This document shows, piece by piece, positions 27,943-36,942 of a stretch of DNA of 36,942 nucleotides. Position numbers and translations under genes: made by a program. Source of the DNA: Candidatus Aminicenantes bacterium (GTDB lineage Bacteria > Acidobacteriota > Aminicenantia > UBA2199); NCBI GenBank assembly GCA_024644125.1, contig JAHELQ010000004.1, forward strand, positions 843-37,784, given 5' to 3'. The notes below the pieces were generated by a model. That model was not told the origin of the DNA. It searched no databases and saw nothing but the letters and a program-made list of their open reading frames with translations. How positions within the stretch are numbered: the first letter of the stretch is position 1; every line of letters begins with the position of its first letter.

Positions 27943-27971
27943 TTGACAATTGATTTTTAATGTGTTATTGG
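27943..27971 (+). promoter_or_regulatory. Possible promoter for the HU-to-flippase operon
   Basis: Perfect TTGACA, 17 nt, weak TATTGG with extended TG; GGAG SD before ATG 27989. Confidence 0.45.
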
Positions 27972-27988
27972 ATTTCTTGGGAGTAAGT

Positions 27989-28267
27989 ATGAACAAGAGA
28001 GAAATATCTGAGCACATTGCAAAAAAGTTAGAAATCAAAAAATTTGAAGCTTACCAATTCATCGATTTTCTAATCGATGTGATGGCCGACAGTCTGAACG
28101 ACGGCAAAAAGATTGTCATCTCGAATTTCGGTACCTTTAAAGTGGTGCAGCGAAACGAGAAGCGGGTAATCAATCCCAATGACCAGGAAGCGATGGTTAT
28201 CCCTTCCAAAAAGATAGTCAAATTCTTGCCGTCCAAAAACCTGAAACAGACTCTGGAGAGTCTCTGA
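27989..28267 (+). CDS. HU/IHF family DNA-binding protein
   Basis: MNKREI, ISNFGTFKV..R..R..INP, IP..K.VKF.PSK.LK; 92 aa. Confidence 0.93.
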   Translation: MNKREISEHIAKKLEIKKFEAYQFIDFLIDVMADSLNDGKKIVISNFGTFKVVQRNEKRVINPNDQEAMVIPSKKIVKFLPSKNLKQTLESL

Positions 28268-28268
28268 G

Positions 28269-29156
28269 ATGGACATCCAACACCCATTCAAATTGAAATC
28301 GCTTTTATGGGCCACCGATTTCTCAAGGGAAAGCCGCGCGTGTTTGCCGTACCTGCAATTTCTCTCAAACAAATTGAGCACAAACAACCACGCCGTCTAT
28401 GTGCTCCCTAAGTTTTCCGACTGGGTGTATGAAGCGGCCTTCTTTTCACATGAAGACCTTTTTCAGGAGATCCAAACCACCAGGGAAAAATCACTCGCCA
28501 AATTCGAGCAAGATAGTAAACGGCGGTCTTTGAATCTGAAACCTGTTTTGTTGGAGGGTATCGCTTCCGAAGAGATCATCGGTTACGCCGACGCCAACGA
28601 TATCGATATGATTTTGGCGGGCAGAAGAGGTATCTCGGAAATCGAGGAGATTCTCATCGGGTCCACGACATCCCGCCTGATTCGCAACTCGAGCAAACCT
28701 GTGCTTGTGATTCCAAAGAACAAGCGAGAGGCCAAAATCGAAACAATCATGGCGCCGGTGGATTTCAACGAGTTATCCCTTCTGGAATTGCAATATTCTA
28801 TATTCCTGGCCCGGATTCTGGATGCGAAACTCTCCGTCGTCCATATTTCGGAATTTTTCAATTACCGGCTACCGGCGTTGAAACGACATCAATTACTGGA
28901 AAAGATCAATCAAAAAATCCAGAAAATCGCGGATGAATCCGGTTACCAAATCGAGAACATCATCTATGACGAAGGCGAACCGGCAAAAAAGATTATCGAA
29001 ATCTCCAAAAAAAATAAGATTGATCTTGTGGTGATGACCACCCGTCAACGCAAAGGGTTGGAGAAATTCTTTCTCGGCAGTATTACCGAAAAAGTACTGA
29101 TGTATTCAAACATCCCCACTCTAATTCTACCTCCACCTGATGTATCCTCAGAATGA
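28269..29156 (+). CDS. Universal stress protein with tandem Usp domains
   Basis: WATDFS / APVDF starts; GRRG...IGSTTSRLIRNSSKPVLVI and FLGSITEKVL...PTLIL. Confidence 0.92.
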   Translation: MDIQHPFKLKSLLWATDFSRESRACLPYLQFLSNKLSTNNHAVYVLPKFSDWVYEAAFFSHEDLFQEIQTTREKSLAKFEQDSKRRSLNLKPVLLEGIASEEIIGYADANDIDMILAGRRGISEIEEILIGSTTSRLIRNSSKPVLVIPKNKREAKIETIMAPVDFNELSLLELQYSIFLARILDAKLSVVHISEFFNYRLPALKRHQLLEKINQKIQKIADESGYQIENIIYDEGEPAKKIIEISKKNKIDLVVMTTRQRKGLEKFFLGSITEKVLMYSNIPTLILPPPDVSSE

Positions 29157-30225
29157 AACAGACATAAAACGTATAGCCGCTCATCTTATCACCTACAAAA
29201 ACACGAAGGCGAAGCGCAGGCTCAAGCAGAAGGAAATTGACAGTCATGCCATTTTCGAACTTTCGGAACTAGAGCTCGCTACATTGGGCTTTAGTTCCGA
29301 AGAAATCCATGCCGTAAACTCAGGAAACCTGGCGGCGGCTGAAGCGGAAATCGCGGCATGCAAGCAACGCGGCATCCATGTGGTGTTCCGGGAAAGCGAC
29401 TATTATCCGCCGCTTCTGCGGAAAATATTCAACCCTCCGGATTTCATCTACGCGATCGGCGATCGCGAGATTCTGGGATCCGACAACATCTCGGTCGTCG
29501 GATCCCGTAAGGCCACCCGCTATGGACAACACGCATTGAAGACCATTGTGCCGCCATTGTGCAGAGCCGGTTTGGCCATCGTCTCCGGCATGGCCTACGG
29601 CATCGACTCCATCTCCCACCGCATCACCGTAGAGCATGGAGGAAAAACCATCGGCGTCAACGCGGGCGGACTACTCCATTTATATCCAACCGGGCACCAA
29701 TCCCTATTCTCAAAAATCATCGCCAACGGATGTATTATCTCCGAGTTCCCCCTCAACGTCGTTCCCAGGCCATTCCATTTCCCAATTCGCAATCGGATTA
29801 TCGCCGGCGTGTCCCGGGCGGTTCTGGTGGTGGAGGCGGCGATGCGCAGCGGTTCCTTGATCACCGCCCGCCTGTCGCTGGACCAGGACAGGGATGTGTT
29901 CGCCATCCCCGGTCCCATCGATTCCCCCCTCAGCCGTGGCACCAATTATCTGATCCAGCAAGGGGCGAAATTGATCGCGTCGGCGGACGACATTTTAGAA
30001 GAGTACAATCTCCCTACAACCAGAGAAGAGGCGAATCTCAGGCGGGATCTCAATCAAAAAGAAATAAAAATACTTGACTTGATTGGGGTAAATGAGGTAA
30101 AAGATATAGATTACTTTGTAGAAATGACCGATCTTACAGTATCCGAGATTATTTCGATATTGATGGGATTGATTTTAAAAAACCTCCTGATGGAGACTGA
30201 GGGTGGTTATAGAAGGATACAATGA
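29140..30225 (+). CDS. dprA: DNA-processing protein DprA (Smf)
   Basis: YPPLL.I..PP, VVGSRKAT, IVSGMAYGIDS, FPIRNRIIAG, EAAMRSGSLITA, VFAIPG, GTNYLIQQGAK; C-terminal winged helix. Confidence 0.95.
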   Translation: MYPQNETDIKRIAAHLITYKNTKAKRRLKQKEIDSHAIFELSELELATLGFSSEEIHAVNSGNLAAAEAEIAACKQRGIHVVFRESDYYPPLLRKIFNPPDFIYAIGDREILGSDNISVVGSRKATRYGQHALKTIVPPLCRAGLAIVSGMAYGIDSISHRITVEHGGKTIGVNAGGLLHLYPTGHQSLFSKIIANGCIISEFPLNVVPRPFHFPIRNRIIAGVSRAVLVVEAAMRSGSLITARLSLDQDRDVFAIPGPIDSPLSRGTNYLIQQGAKLIASADDILEEYNLPTTREEANLRRDLNQKEIKILDLIGVNEVKDIDYFVEMTDLTVSEIISILMGLILKNLLMETEGGYRRIQ

Positions 30226-32321
30226 AAGGAAAGACGCTTTTAATAGTAGAATCTCCCGCCAAATCAAATACAATCTCAAAATACCTGGGTCCGGATTATA
30301 TCGTCGCCTCATCCATGGGGCATATCCGTGATCTAAGCCCCAATATTCTGAGTATCGACGTAAAAAACAATTTCAAGCCCTATTACGAGGTTTTGAAAGA
30401 TAAAACGCATATAATCAAGGAACTCAAAAAACTCTCGAAAAAATGCGAAAATATCATGCTGGCCCCAGACCCCGACCGCGAGGGCGAGGCCATCGCATTC
30501 CACCTGAACGAATTGCTCAAAACCAAGAATCACCAGGTGTACCGTATCCTGTTCAACGAGATCACTAAAAAATCGATTGAAGAGGCCGTCAAAAATCCGA
30601 TGGATATTAACCTGGACAAATTCAACTCCCAACAGATGCGGCGCATTCTCGACAGGCTGGCGGGCTACAAAATTAGCCCGGTTTTGCGAAAAAAAATCGG
30701 CGGCCCTTTGTCTGCCGGAAGAGTCCAGTCCGTCGCGCTAAAATTGATCGTGGAACGGGAGAAAGAGATTCAGATATTCGTCCCGGAGGAATACTGGAGC
30801 ATCAAAGCGGAGCTTGAAGGCTCCGCCAAACCGTCGTTTGTGGCGAAACTGGAAAAACACAAGACCAAAAAGGTCAAGATCGATAACCAGGAACAGGCCG
30901 ACGCCATCGCCAATGAATTGAAAGGCCACGATTACCTGCTTCAGACAATCAAGAAAAAGTTAAAAAGCAGGAGCCCATCTGCGCCCTTCATCACCTCCAG
31001 TTTGCAGCAAGAGGCGTTCCGCAAATATAAATTTTCAGTGAAACGGACCATGAAGCTGGCCCAGGAATTGTACGAAGGAATTCCAATACACGGCGGCGAA
31101 CCCACCGGACTGATCACCTACATGAGAACCGACTCCTTCAGAATCGCCAAAGAAGCCCAGGATATGGCCAGGGATTATATCGTCAAGACATTCGGCGCCG
31201 AGTATTACCCGGAAAAACCCAATTTTTTCGGTACAAAAAAGAAGATTCAGGACGCGCACGAAGCCATCCGCCCCACATTGCCGTTCCACGAACCGAAAGA
31301 GCTGAGGGGCATGCTCTCGGATCCCCAATACAAACTCTATCAACTCATCTGGAACCGGTTTTTCGGATCCCAGATGTCAGAGGCCACAGTCGAAGAGACC
31401 ACCTTCGAAATCAACAACGGCGATTATATCTTCATGATCAAAGGTGAGATCATGAAATTCGACGGATTTTCCAGGGTGGTCAAACTGGAGAGCACACTGG
31501 ACCGGTTGCCGGATTTGAACGAAGGCGAATTGCTGAAAGAGTTGAAACTCTCGCCGGAACAACATTTTACCAAACCTCCGCCGCGCTACACCGAAGCCAG
31601 CCTCGTCCGGGTACTGGAAGAAAAGGGGATTGGCCGCCCGTCCACTTACGCAAAAATTATCGACACCCTCGGCAAGAGAGATTATATAACCAGGGAAGAC
31701 CGGAAGTTTGTCCCCACAATTTTGGGTATTCGCGTCGTGGAATACCTGGAAGACAATTTTCAGGACCTCATGAACTACAATTTCACCGCCGACCTGGAAA
31801 AACAACTTGACCAGGTCTCGGAGGGGAAGCTCGATTGGACCACCGGCATCAAAGAATATTACGAAAAACTGGAGGCGGATCTCGTCAAAGTCCAGGAAAC
31901 AGATAAAGTCGATTTGCTGATCGGGAAAAAATGCCCGGAATGCAACAACGAATTGATCAAAAAATATTCCCACCGGACCTACGGATGGTTCATCGGATGC
32001 TCCAATTACCCGGAGTGCAAATATACCGAAAAGGTCACAGGCGGGGAAGAACAGAAGAAAGACGAAATACTGGACAAAGAGTGCCCCAAATGCGGCCTCC
32101 AATTGATCAAACGGTATTCCCCCAAAACCCGGCAATATTTCATCGGATGCTCCGGCTACCCAAACTGCAAACACATTGAAATGGAGCAGGCCGACCTGGG
32201 TGAATGCCCGGAGTGCGGGAAACCATTGACCAAACGGTTTTCCCGGAAAACGAGACGATTCTTCGTCGGTTGCTCAGGCTTCCCTGAATGCACATTCATA
32301 GAAGGTAAATCAAAAAAATGA
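30222..32321 (+). CDS. topA: DNA topoisomerase I (type IA) with three C4 zinc ribbons
   Basis: IVESPAK, GHIRDL, DPDREGEAI, SAGRVQS, catalytic LITYMRTDS, QDAHEAIRPT, GIGRPSTY; three CPxC...GCSxxPxC repeats. Confidence 0.97.
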   Translation: MKGKTLLIVESPAKSNTISKYLGPDYIVASSMGHIRDLSPNILSIDVKNNFKPYYEVLKDKTHIIKELKKLSKKCENIMLAPDPDREGEAIAFHLNELLKTKNHQVYRILFNEITKKSIEEAVKNPMDINLDKFNSQQMRRILDRLAGYKISPVLRKKIGGPLSAGRVQSVALKLIVEREKEIQIFVPEEYWSIKAELEGSAKPSFVAKLEKHKTKKVKIDNQEQADAIANELKGHDYLLQTIKKKLKSRSPSAPFITSSLQQEAFRKYKFSVKRTMKLAQELYEGIPIHGGEPTGLITYMRTDSFRIAKEAQDMARDYIVKTFGAEYYPEKPNFFGTKKKIQDAHEAIRPTLPFHEPKELRGMLSDPQYKLYQLIWNRFFGSQMSEATVEETTFEINNGDYIFMIKGEIMKFDGFSRVVKLESTLDRLPDLNEGELLKELKLSPEQHFTKPPPRYTEASLVRVLEEKGIGRPSTYAKIIDTLGKRDYITREDRKFVPTILGIRVVEYLEDNFQDLMNYNFTADLEKQLDQVSEGKLDWTTGIKEYYEKLEADLVKVQETDKVDLLIGKKCPECNNELIKKYSHRTYGWFIGCSNYPECKYTEKVTGGEEQKKDEILDKECPKCGLQLIKRYSPKTRQYFIGCSGYPNCKHIEMEQADLGECPECGKPLTKRFSRKTRRFFVGCSGFPECTFIEGKSKK

Positions 32322-33655
32322 GTCGAAAAGTTATTGTCATCGGCGCGGGCCTGGCGGGAATCGAAGCGGCGTACCAGGCGGCCAAACTCGGCATAGACGT
32401 TGACCTCTATGAAATGCGCCCGAAAAAACAAACAGAAGCCCATACAACCCCGTACGCGGGTGAATTGGTCTGTTCCAATTCCCTCGGATCAATCGAGGAG
32501 ACCAGCGCCTCCGGCCTTTTGAAGAAAGAACTGGAAATGCTGGACTCCTACTTCCTGAAATTCGCGTACAAACACCGGGTTCCTGCCGGCAGTAGCCTGT
32601 CTGTTGACCGGGTGACTCTGGCGCAAGACATTTCCAATGATATTCAATCTATAAAAGGCGTCAATTTTATCAATGAAGAGGTCACAGAGATACCGGCCGC
32701 CGACGATGACCAAATCGTCATCATCGCTACAGGCCCGCTAACCTCCGGCGACTTCGCCCAGGCGCTCACCAAAGTGACCATGCGCAAAAACCTGTTTTTC
32801 TTCGACGCCACCAGCCCGATTATTCACGCGGACTCCATTGACATGTCAAAGGTGTTCAAAGCCTCCCGCTACGACAAGGGCGAAGCGGACTTCATCAACC
32901 TACCGCTGGACGAAGCCCTGTACCAGGAGTTTGTCAAGGCGTTGATCGAGGCGGAAACAGTGGAAGTCAAAGATTTCGAGCAAAATTTATTCTTCGAATC
33001 CTGCCTCCCAATCGAGGAGATCGCCCGCAGAGGCGAAAAATCCCTCGCGTTCGGCCCCCTCAAGCCGGTTGGTCTGGAGAACCCTTCCACCGGCGTCATT
33101 CCGCACGCGGTGGTGCAGTTGCGGCAGGACGACCTGCAAAACCACTTCTACCAGATGGTTGGCTTTCAAACCCGCCTTAAGTGGGGTGAACAGAAACGAA
33201 TATTCCAGATGCTACCTGGATTGGAGCACGCTGAATTCGAACGTTTCGGCCGCATGCACCGCAATTCCTATATTAACGCTCCTTTGATCATCAATAAATT
33301 TTATCAATCCAAAATCCGGGACAACCTCTTTTTCGCCGGCCAGATCAGCGGCGTGGAGGGTTATGTGGAATCCATCGCGTCGGGACTTTCCGCCGGGATC
33401 TACGCCGCCCGTAAACTACTGGGATTGCCCCTCTGCAATTTTCCCAATGAAACAGCCATCGGTTCCCTGGTCAATTACATTTCCCAGGCGGACTGGAAGG
33501 ATTTCCGGCCCACAAAATTTACCTTCGGCCTCCTGCCGGAACTCCCCAAAGGCGACCATTACCGGCACTTCCGTAAGAAAAAATTCAAAAAGGAGATGAA
33601 GGCAAAAATCGCGCTGGAAGCCCTCGACAAATGGTTGAAGAAGGCCGCTACCTAG
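32318..33655 (+). CDS. trmFO: Folate/FAD-dependent tRNA (uracil-54-C5) methyltransferase
   Basis: GAGLAG.EAA, EMRP, ELVCSNS, ATGPLTS, FFDA, SRYDKG, VQLRQD, VGFQT.LK, MHRNSY, AGQISGVEGY. Confidence 0.96.
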   Translation: MSRKVIVIGAGLAGIEAAYQAAKLGIDVDLYEMRPKKQTEAHTTPYAGELVCSNSLGSIEETSASGLLKKELEMLDSYFLKFAYKHRVPAGSSLSVDRVTLAQDISNDIQSIKGVNFINEEVTEIPAADDDQIVIIATGPLTSGDFAQALTKVTMRKNLFFFDATSPIIHADSIDMSKVFKASRYDKGEADFINLPLDEALYQEFVKALIEAETVEVKDFEQNLFFESCLPIEEIARRGEKSLAFGPLKPVGLENPSTGVIPHAVVQLRQDDLQNHFYQMVGFQTRLKWGEQKRIFQMLPGLEHAEFERFGRMHRNSYINAPLIINKFYQSKIRDNLFFAGQISGVEGYVESIASGLSAGIYAARKLLGLPLCNFPNETAIGSLVNYISQADWKDFRPTKFTFGLLPELPKGDHYRHFRKKKFKKEMKAKIALEALDKWLKKAAT

Positions 33656-34515
33656 ACGAGTACCTGGATTACATCCGGGACATCAAAAAATTCTCAGACA
33701 ATACAATCAAAGCCTATCGCCAGGATATCCAGCAATTTATCGGCTATTTCGAAGAGCACGCGATTCCGGTGGCGAAGGACACAATCCGGGACTTCATCGT
33801 CGAGATTTTTTACCGCACAGGTCAAAAATCCACAGTCTCCCGCAAGATCTACGCCGTCAAATCCTATTTCACCTACATGCACCGCAAGGGATACATTCCC
33901 AAAAACCCGTTCGACGGCATCTCCAGTCCAAAAGTCGATAAAAAAATCCCCCAGATCCTGACCGTGAAGGAGATGCTCACATTCCTGGACCGCCTCCCGG
34001 AGAGAGACCTCCTGGAAATCCGCAACAAAGCGATGTTTGAATTTCTCTACGCCACCGGATTGAGGATTTCCGAACTGACCAATCTCAAGGACAGCGATAT
34101 ACAATTCGGCGAATGCCTGGTGCGGGTCCTGGGCAAAGGTAAAAAAGAGCGCATCGTCCCCTTCAATCCCAAAGCCCGCGACCTGTTGCTCCGCTATCTG
34201 CAATTGACCCGTAAAGAGTTTCCCCACCAGCAAGCCTACGTATTTCTGAATTCCCGGGGCGGTAACATCACCGAGAGGTCGGTGGAGCGGATTCTTCAAA
34301 AGGTCTACAATGAATTGATGGATTCACCCAAACACGTCTACCCCCATCTCTTCCGCCACTCCTTCGCGTCCCACCTGCTGCAACGGGGGGCCAACCTGCG
34401 GGTGATCCAGGAGTTGTTGGGCCATTCCAACCTGGCCACCACCGAAAAATACACCACCCTCAACTACTCGGACCTCCTGAGGGTCTACCAGAAGTTCCAC
34501 CCCAGAGGCATGTAA
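33631..34515 (+). CDS. xerC: Chromosomal tyrosine recombinase XerC/XerD family
   Basis: LYATGLRISEL, GKGKKERIVP, PHLFRHSFASHLL, QELLGH, catalytic Y in TTEKYT, C-terminal HPR; conserved position after trmFO. Confidence 0.9.
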   Translation: MVEEGRYLDEYLDYIRDIKKFSDNTIKAYRQDIQQFIGYFEEHAIPVAKDTIRDFIVEIFYRTGQKSTVSRKIYAVKSYFTYMHRKGYIPKNPFDGISSPKVDKKIPQILTVKEMLTFLDRLPERDLLEIRNKAMFEFLYATGLRISELTNLKDSDIQFGECLVRVLGKGKKERIVPFNPKARDLLLRYLQLTRKEFPHQQAYVFLNSRGGNITERSVERILQKVYNELMDSPKHVYPHLFRHSFASHLLQRGANLRVIQELLGHSNLATTEKYTTLNYSDLLRVYQKFHPRGM

Positions 34516-34521
34516 ACCGGC

Positions 34522-35496
34522 ATGAAGAAAAAAATCCTGTCCATCGCCTTGCGAATCTTCATCAGCGTTGGATTACTGGGATATTTCCTTGTCACCATGG
34601 CCCAAAAAAACGGCGGATTCCGTCCCGCCGCCACGCGGCTTCTGGAAGCCTTCGCTCACGCTCAACTCTATTGGCTCCTACCGGCAGCATTACTCCATAT
34701 CGTGGGCTTCACCCTCATCAGTTTCCGTTGGAAGCTACTTCTCAAGGCACAAGATGTCGAAGCGGGGTTCGGCCGGTTGTTCCAATACTACTTCATGGCG
34801 GCGTTTTTCAATCTGGTGCTTCCGTCCTCTATCGGCGGCGACGCGGTCCGCGCCATGGAGAGTAGACGACTGACAGGTACGGCCACCACCTCCGTAACAG
34901 TCGTCATTGTGGAGCGCATGACCGGCTTGATGGCGTTGATCCTCATCTCCGCAACCGCGTTCGCGGTGAAACTATCGGGAAATATACACCAGGCAGGTGG
35001 TATCCTACTCTTCCTGCTTTTTGGCGCCGCCGGGTTCATCATCATCATTGGCCTCATCCACCCAAACGTCTCCGTCCGGTTCATCCCTCTGGCGAAAAAA
35101 TTATTGCCATCCAGACTCCATCTACTCATGCAAGCGGCCATCGACGCCGTAACCGCCTATTACCGGCAGCCCCTCTATTTTTTCTCCGGCCTGGCGGTGA
35201 GCGTTGTCTTCCAACTCAATATGGTTCTCTACTATTACCTGATCGCCCGGGCGCTCCAGCAAAACCCCAACCCGCTCGACTTCGCCATGAAGATCCCGCT
35301 CATGATATTCCTGCTCATGGTAATCCCAGCCATCAACGGATTGGGTGTTCGCACCGCCGGTTTCAAAGAACTCATGAATTTCCCTGCGGCAGGCGCCATC
35401 GCCGCAGAGATGATCGACCTCGGCCTACGCATCGCCTTCGGTCTGGCAGGCGGCCTGATCTACCTCTTCCACCGCCGCACCCCGCCATCCCCCTAA
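34522..35496 (+). CDS. Lysylphosphatidylglycerol-synthase TM domain / flippase-like membrane protein (UPF0104)
   Basis: Multi-TM; RWKLLL, FFNLVLPSSIGGDAVR, VERMTGL, P..INGLGVR. Confidence 0.88.
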   Translation: MKKKILSIALRIFISVGLLGYFLVTMAQKNGGFRPAATRLLEAFAHAQLYWLLPAALLHIVGFTLISFRWKLLLKAQDVEAGFGRLFQYYFMAAFFNLVLPSSIGGDAVRAMESRRLTGTATTSVTVVIVERMTGLMALILISATAFAVKLSGNIHQAGGILLFLLFGAAGFIIIIGLIHPNVSVRFIPLAKKLLPSRLHLLMQAAIDAVTAYYRQPLYFFSGLAVSVVFQLNMVLYYYLIARALQQNPNPLDFAMKIPLMIFLLMVIPAINGLGVRTAGFKELMNFPAAGAIAAEMIDLGLRIAFGLAGGLIYLFHRRTPPSP

Positions 35497-35789
35497 GCGG
35501 TCAAAACCGGAACCTCGCAGATCTGCATCTTCAACAAATTAAACCGTAAAAATAAATGATAAAAAAAGTTATTCCCGATTTTCCTTGCGTATGAGTAGAA
35601 CTTATCGCGATTTTTTTTACTTGCGCGTACATTTTATCGACTCCCCGTATAATTCCCCTTCGCTCACCGCCGCGCCGGTCGCTGAAAAAGAAGAATCTTC
35701 TCCTCTACACGTCCTGCGCGGCGGAAATCGTTCTATTATTTTGAAAGCCGAATCACTCTTCGCAGGAACCATTCTTCGACAGGAGAGTT

Positions 35790-35824
35790 ATCCTGGCATC
35801 CTGGCATCCTGGCATCCTGGCATC
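35790..35824. repeat. Perfect tandem repeat (ATCCTGGC)x4 plus ATC
   Basis: ATCCTGGC ATCCTGGC ATCCTGGC ATCCTGGC ATC read directly in the intergenic region. Confidence 0.95.
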
Positions 35825-35980
35825 GAGAGAGGAATCATCGTTGCCTTCGGGAAAAAACGCGGACAAAAGAATGGGCGGGTGGGTGGAAATTGTGGAGGGG
35901 TGGATTTAACGCTTTATCTATTGGTGCCGATGTCGTATAATAGCTTTTTGTTGCAATGTGGCATTTTTTGAGGTAGAAGG

Positions 35981-36942
35981 ATGAGGATTTTTCCAATGAG
36001 GAATTTTAGCGGCTCGATAAAACGCGGGGGCGTGCTGTTGGTTTTATGGTCGATCATGGTTGCGGCCGGTTTTGGGGAAGATGTCGATAGCAGACAAAAA
36101 CTCAACGCCATCAGCCGCCAGGTGGAAGACATCAATCAAAAATTGGATCGTTTGAAAGACGAAAAAAAATCGATCTTGAACGACATATACTCGATCGAGT
36201 TGAATTACGAGAAGGAAAAAATCGAGAGCAACCGTATCGGCGTACAATTAAAATTGGTGTCGGACCGGATCCAGATAAAAACGCGACAAAAAACCCGTCT
36301 GGTTCTCGAGATCGATCAATCCCATCATAAAATCCGCAAATTGATCCGCATTCTTTATAAAGTGGGCGGCCACACCTACCTGAAACTCTTTACCCGGGTC
36401 AACAACATGACACAATTGTTCAGGAACTACCAATATTTTGTCTCCCTGATCAACCTGCAGATGGGCGAGCTCGATAAAGTCAAGAAAAACATGGCTGAAT
36501 TGGAGCAGGTCACATCCCAACTGGAGGAGCAACAGGGGCGGTTGGTCACATTGAAGCAGGAAAAAGATGATTCGCTGCGGAACATCGCAGCGTTGAAGCA
36601 GCGGAAATTGACCTTGATCAAAGAAATCAACAAGGATAAGAAAGATTACAGCACCCTACTGGACGAGCTCAAATACGAAGCCGAAAGCCTCAACCAGATG
36701 ATCACCGGCAGCACCACAAAACGGCATTTTCACATCGAGAACATCGACAACCTGTTGGGTAAGTTGATCTGGCCGCTCAAAGGTAAAATTATCTCCAGCT
36801 TTGGCAAACAGCGAAGCAGCCAATTCGGCACCTATATTCTCAATAACGGTATCAAGATTGAACCTTCCGGTTCGAATGAGATTCACGCCGTGTATTCCGG
36901 CGAAGTGGTGTTTTCCGATTATTGGAAAGGGTATGGCAATCT
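35981..36942 (+). CDS. envC: Murein hydrolase activator EnvC-like protein (coiled coil + M23/LytM), 3' end outside the window
   Basis: Not in the ORF track; translated by hand: signal-like N-terminus, long coiled coil, then GKLIWPLKGKIISSFG...NNGIKI...AVYSGEVVFSDYWKGYGN. TATAAT at 35936 and GAGG SD upstream. Start could be 35981 or 35996. Confidence 0.82.
   Translation, partial: MRIFPMRNFSGSIKRGGVLLVLWSIMVAAGFGEDVDSRQKLNAISRQVEDINQKLDRLKDEKKSILNDIYSIELNYEKEKIESNRIGVQLKLVSDRIQIKTRQKTRLVLEIDQSHHKIRKLIRILYKVGGHTYLKLFTRVNNMTQLFRNYQYFVSLINLQMGELDKVKKNMAELEQVTSQLEEQQGRLVTLKQEKDDSLRNIAALKQRKLTLIKEINKDKKDYSTLLDELKYEAESLNQMITGSTTKRHFHIENIDNLLGKLIWPLKGKIISSFGKQRSSQFGTYILNNGIKIEPSGSNEIHAVYSGEVVFSDYWKGYGN

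Noticed and set aside
33631-34515. Tyrosine recombinase as a phage or island integrase
   Set aside because: Size, C-terminal HPR and position after topA-trmFO indicate housekeeping XerC; no att repeats, tRNA or cargo seen.
35585-35971. 128-aa ORF spanning the intergenic region and tandem repeat
   Set aside because: TTG start without SD, no motifs, and an 8-bp (non-triplet) repeat inside; likely spurious, though not excluded.

Overview
Gene-dense bacterial chromosomal region, about 29 CDSs, two cut off at the window edges. The organism is a diderm (TolC, Omp85-type barrel, lipoproteins); the gene mix suggests Acidobacteriota/Aminicenantes or a similar anaerobe, which is inference only. In order: partial DUF362 and a CPBP protease; single-chain purL-rarA; a REC-HD-GYP / PAS histidine kinase / single-domain REC signalling cluster; YkvA; Rrf2; a TPR lipoprotein; a small hypothetical; pcm-uvrD/pcrA; orphan TolC; a cyclophilin-FKBP fusion; polyprenyl synthase-CYTH-nucleotidyltransferase; yjbQ; a DSD1-like PLP enzyme; a hypothetical; trxB; a peptidase-like/propeller/Omp85 protein; HU-Usp-dprA-topA-trmFO-xerC-flippase-like; partial envC. 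I saw no rRNA, tRNA, CRISPR array, transposase or prophage, and no clearly new multi-gene system. Best leads: (1) a possible c-di-GMP feedback module, where the kinase has an Arg-rich ERRxxxDRRxxxRR tail and lies next to an HD-GYP protein with a K-to-M change; (2) five genes with a -10 box 6-7 nt before the ATG and no SD, suggesting frequent leaderless translation; (3) a near-consensus sigma-54 promoter on the stand-alone tolC; (4) an Omp85 protein whose HEXXH reads HEMTL; (5) a structured intergenic region with an 8-bp tandem repeat upstream of envC.
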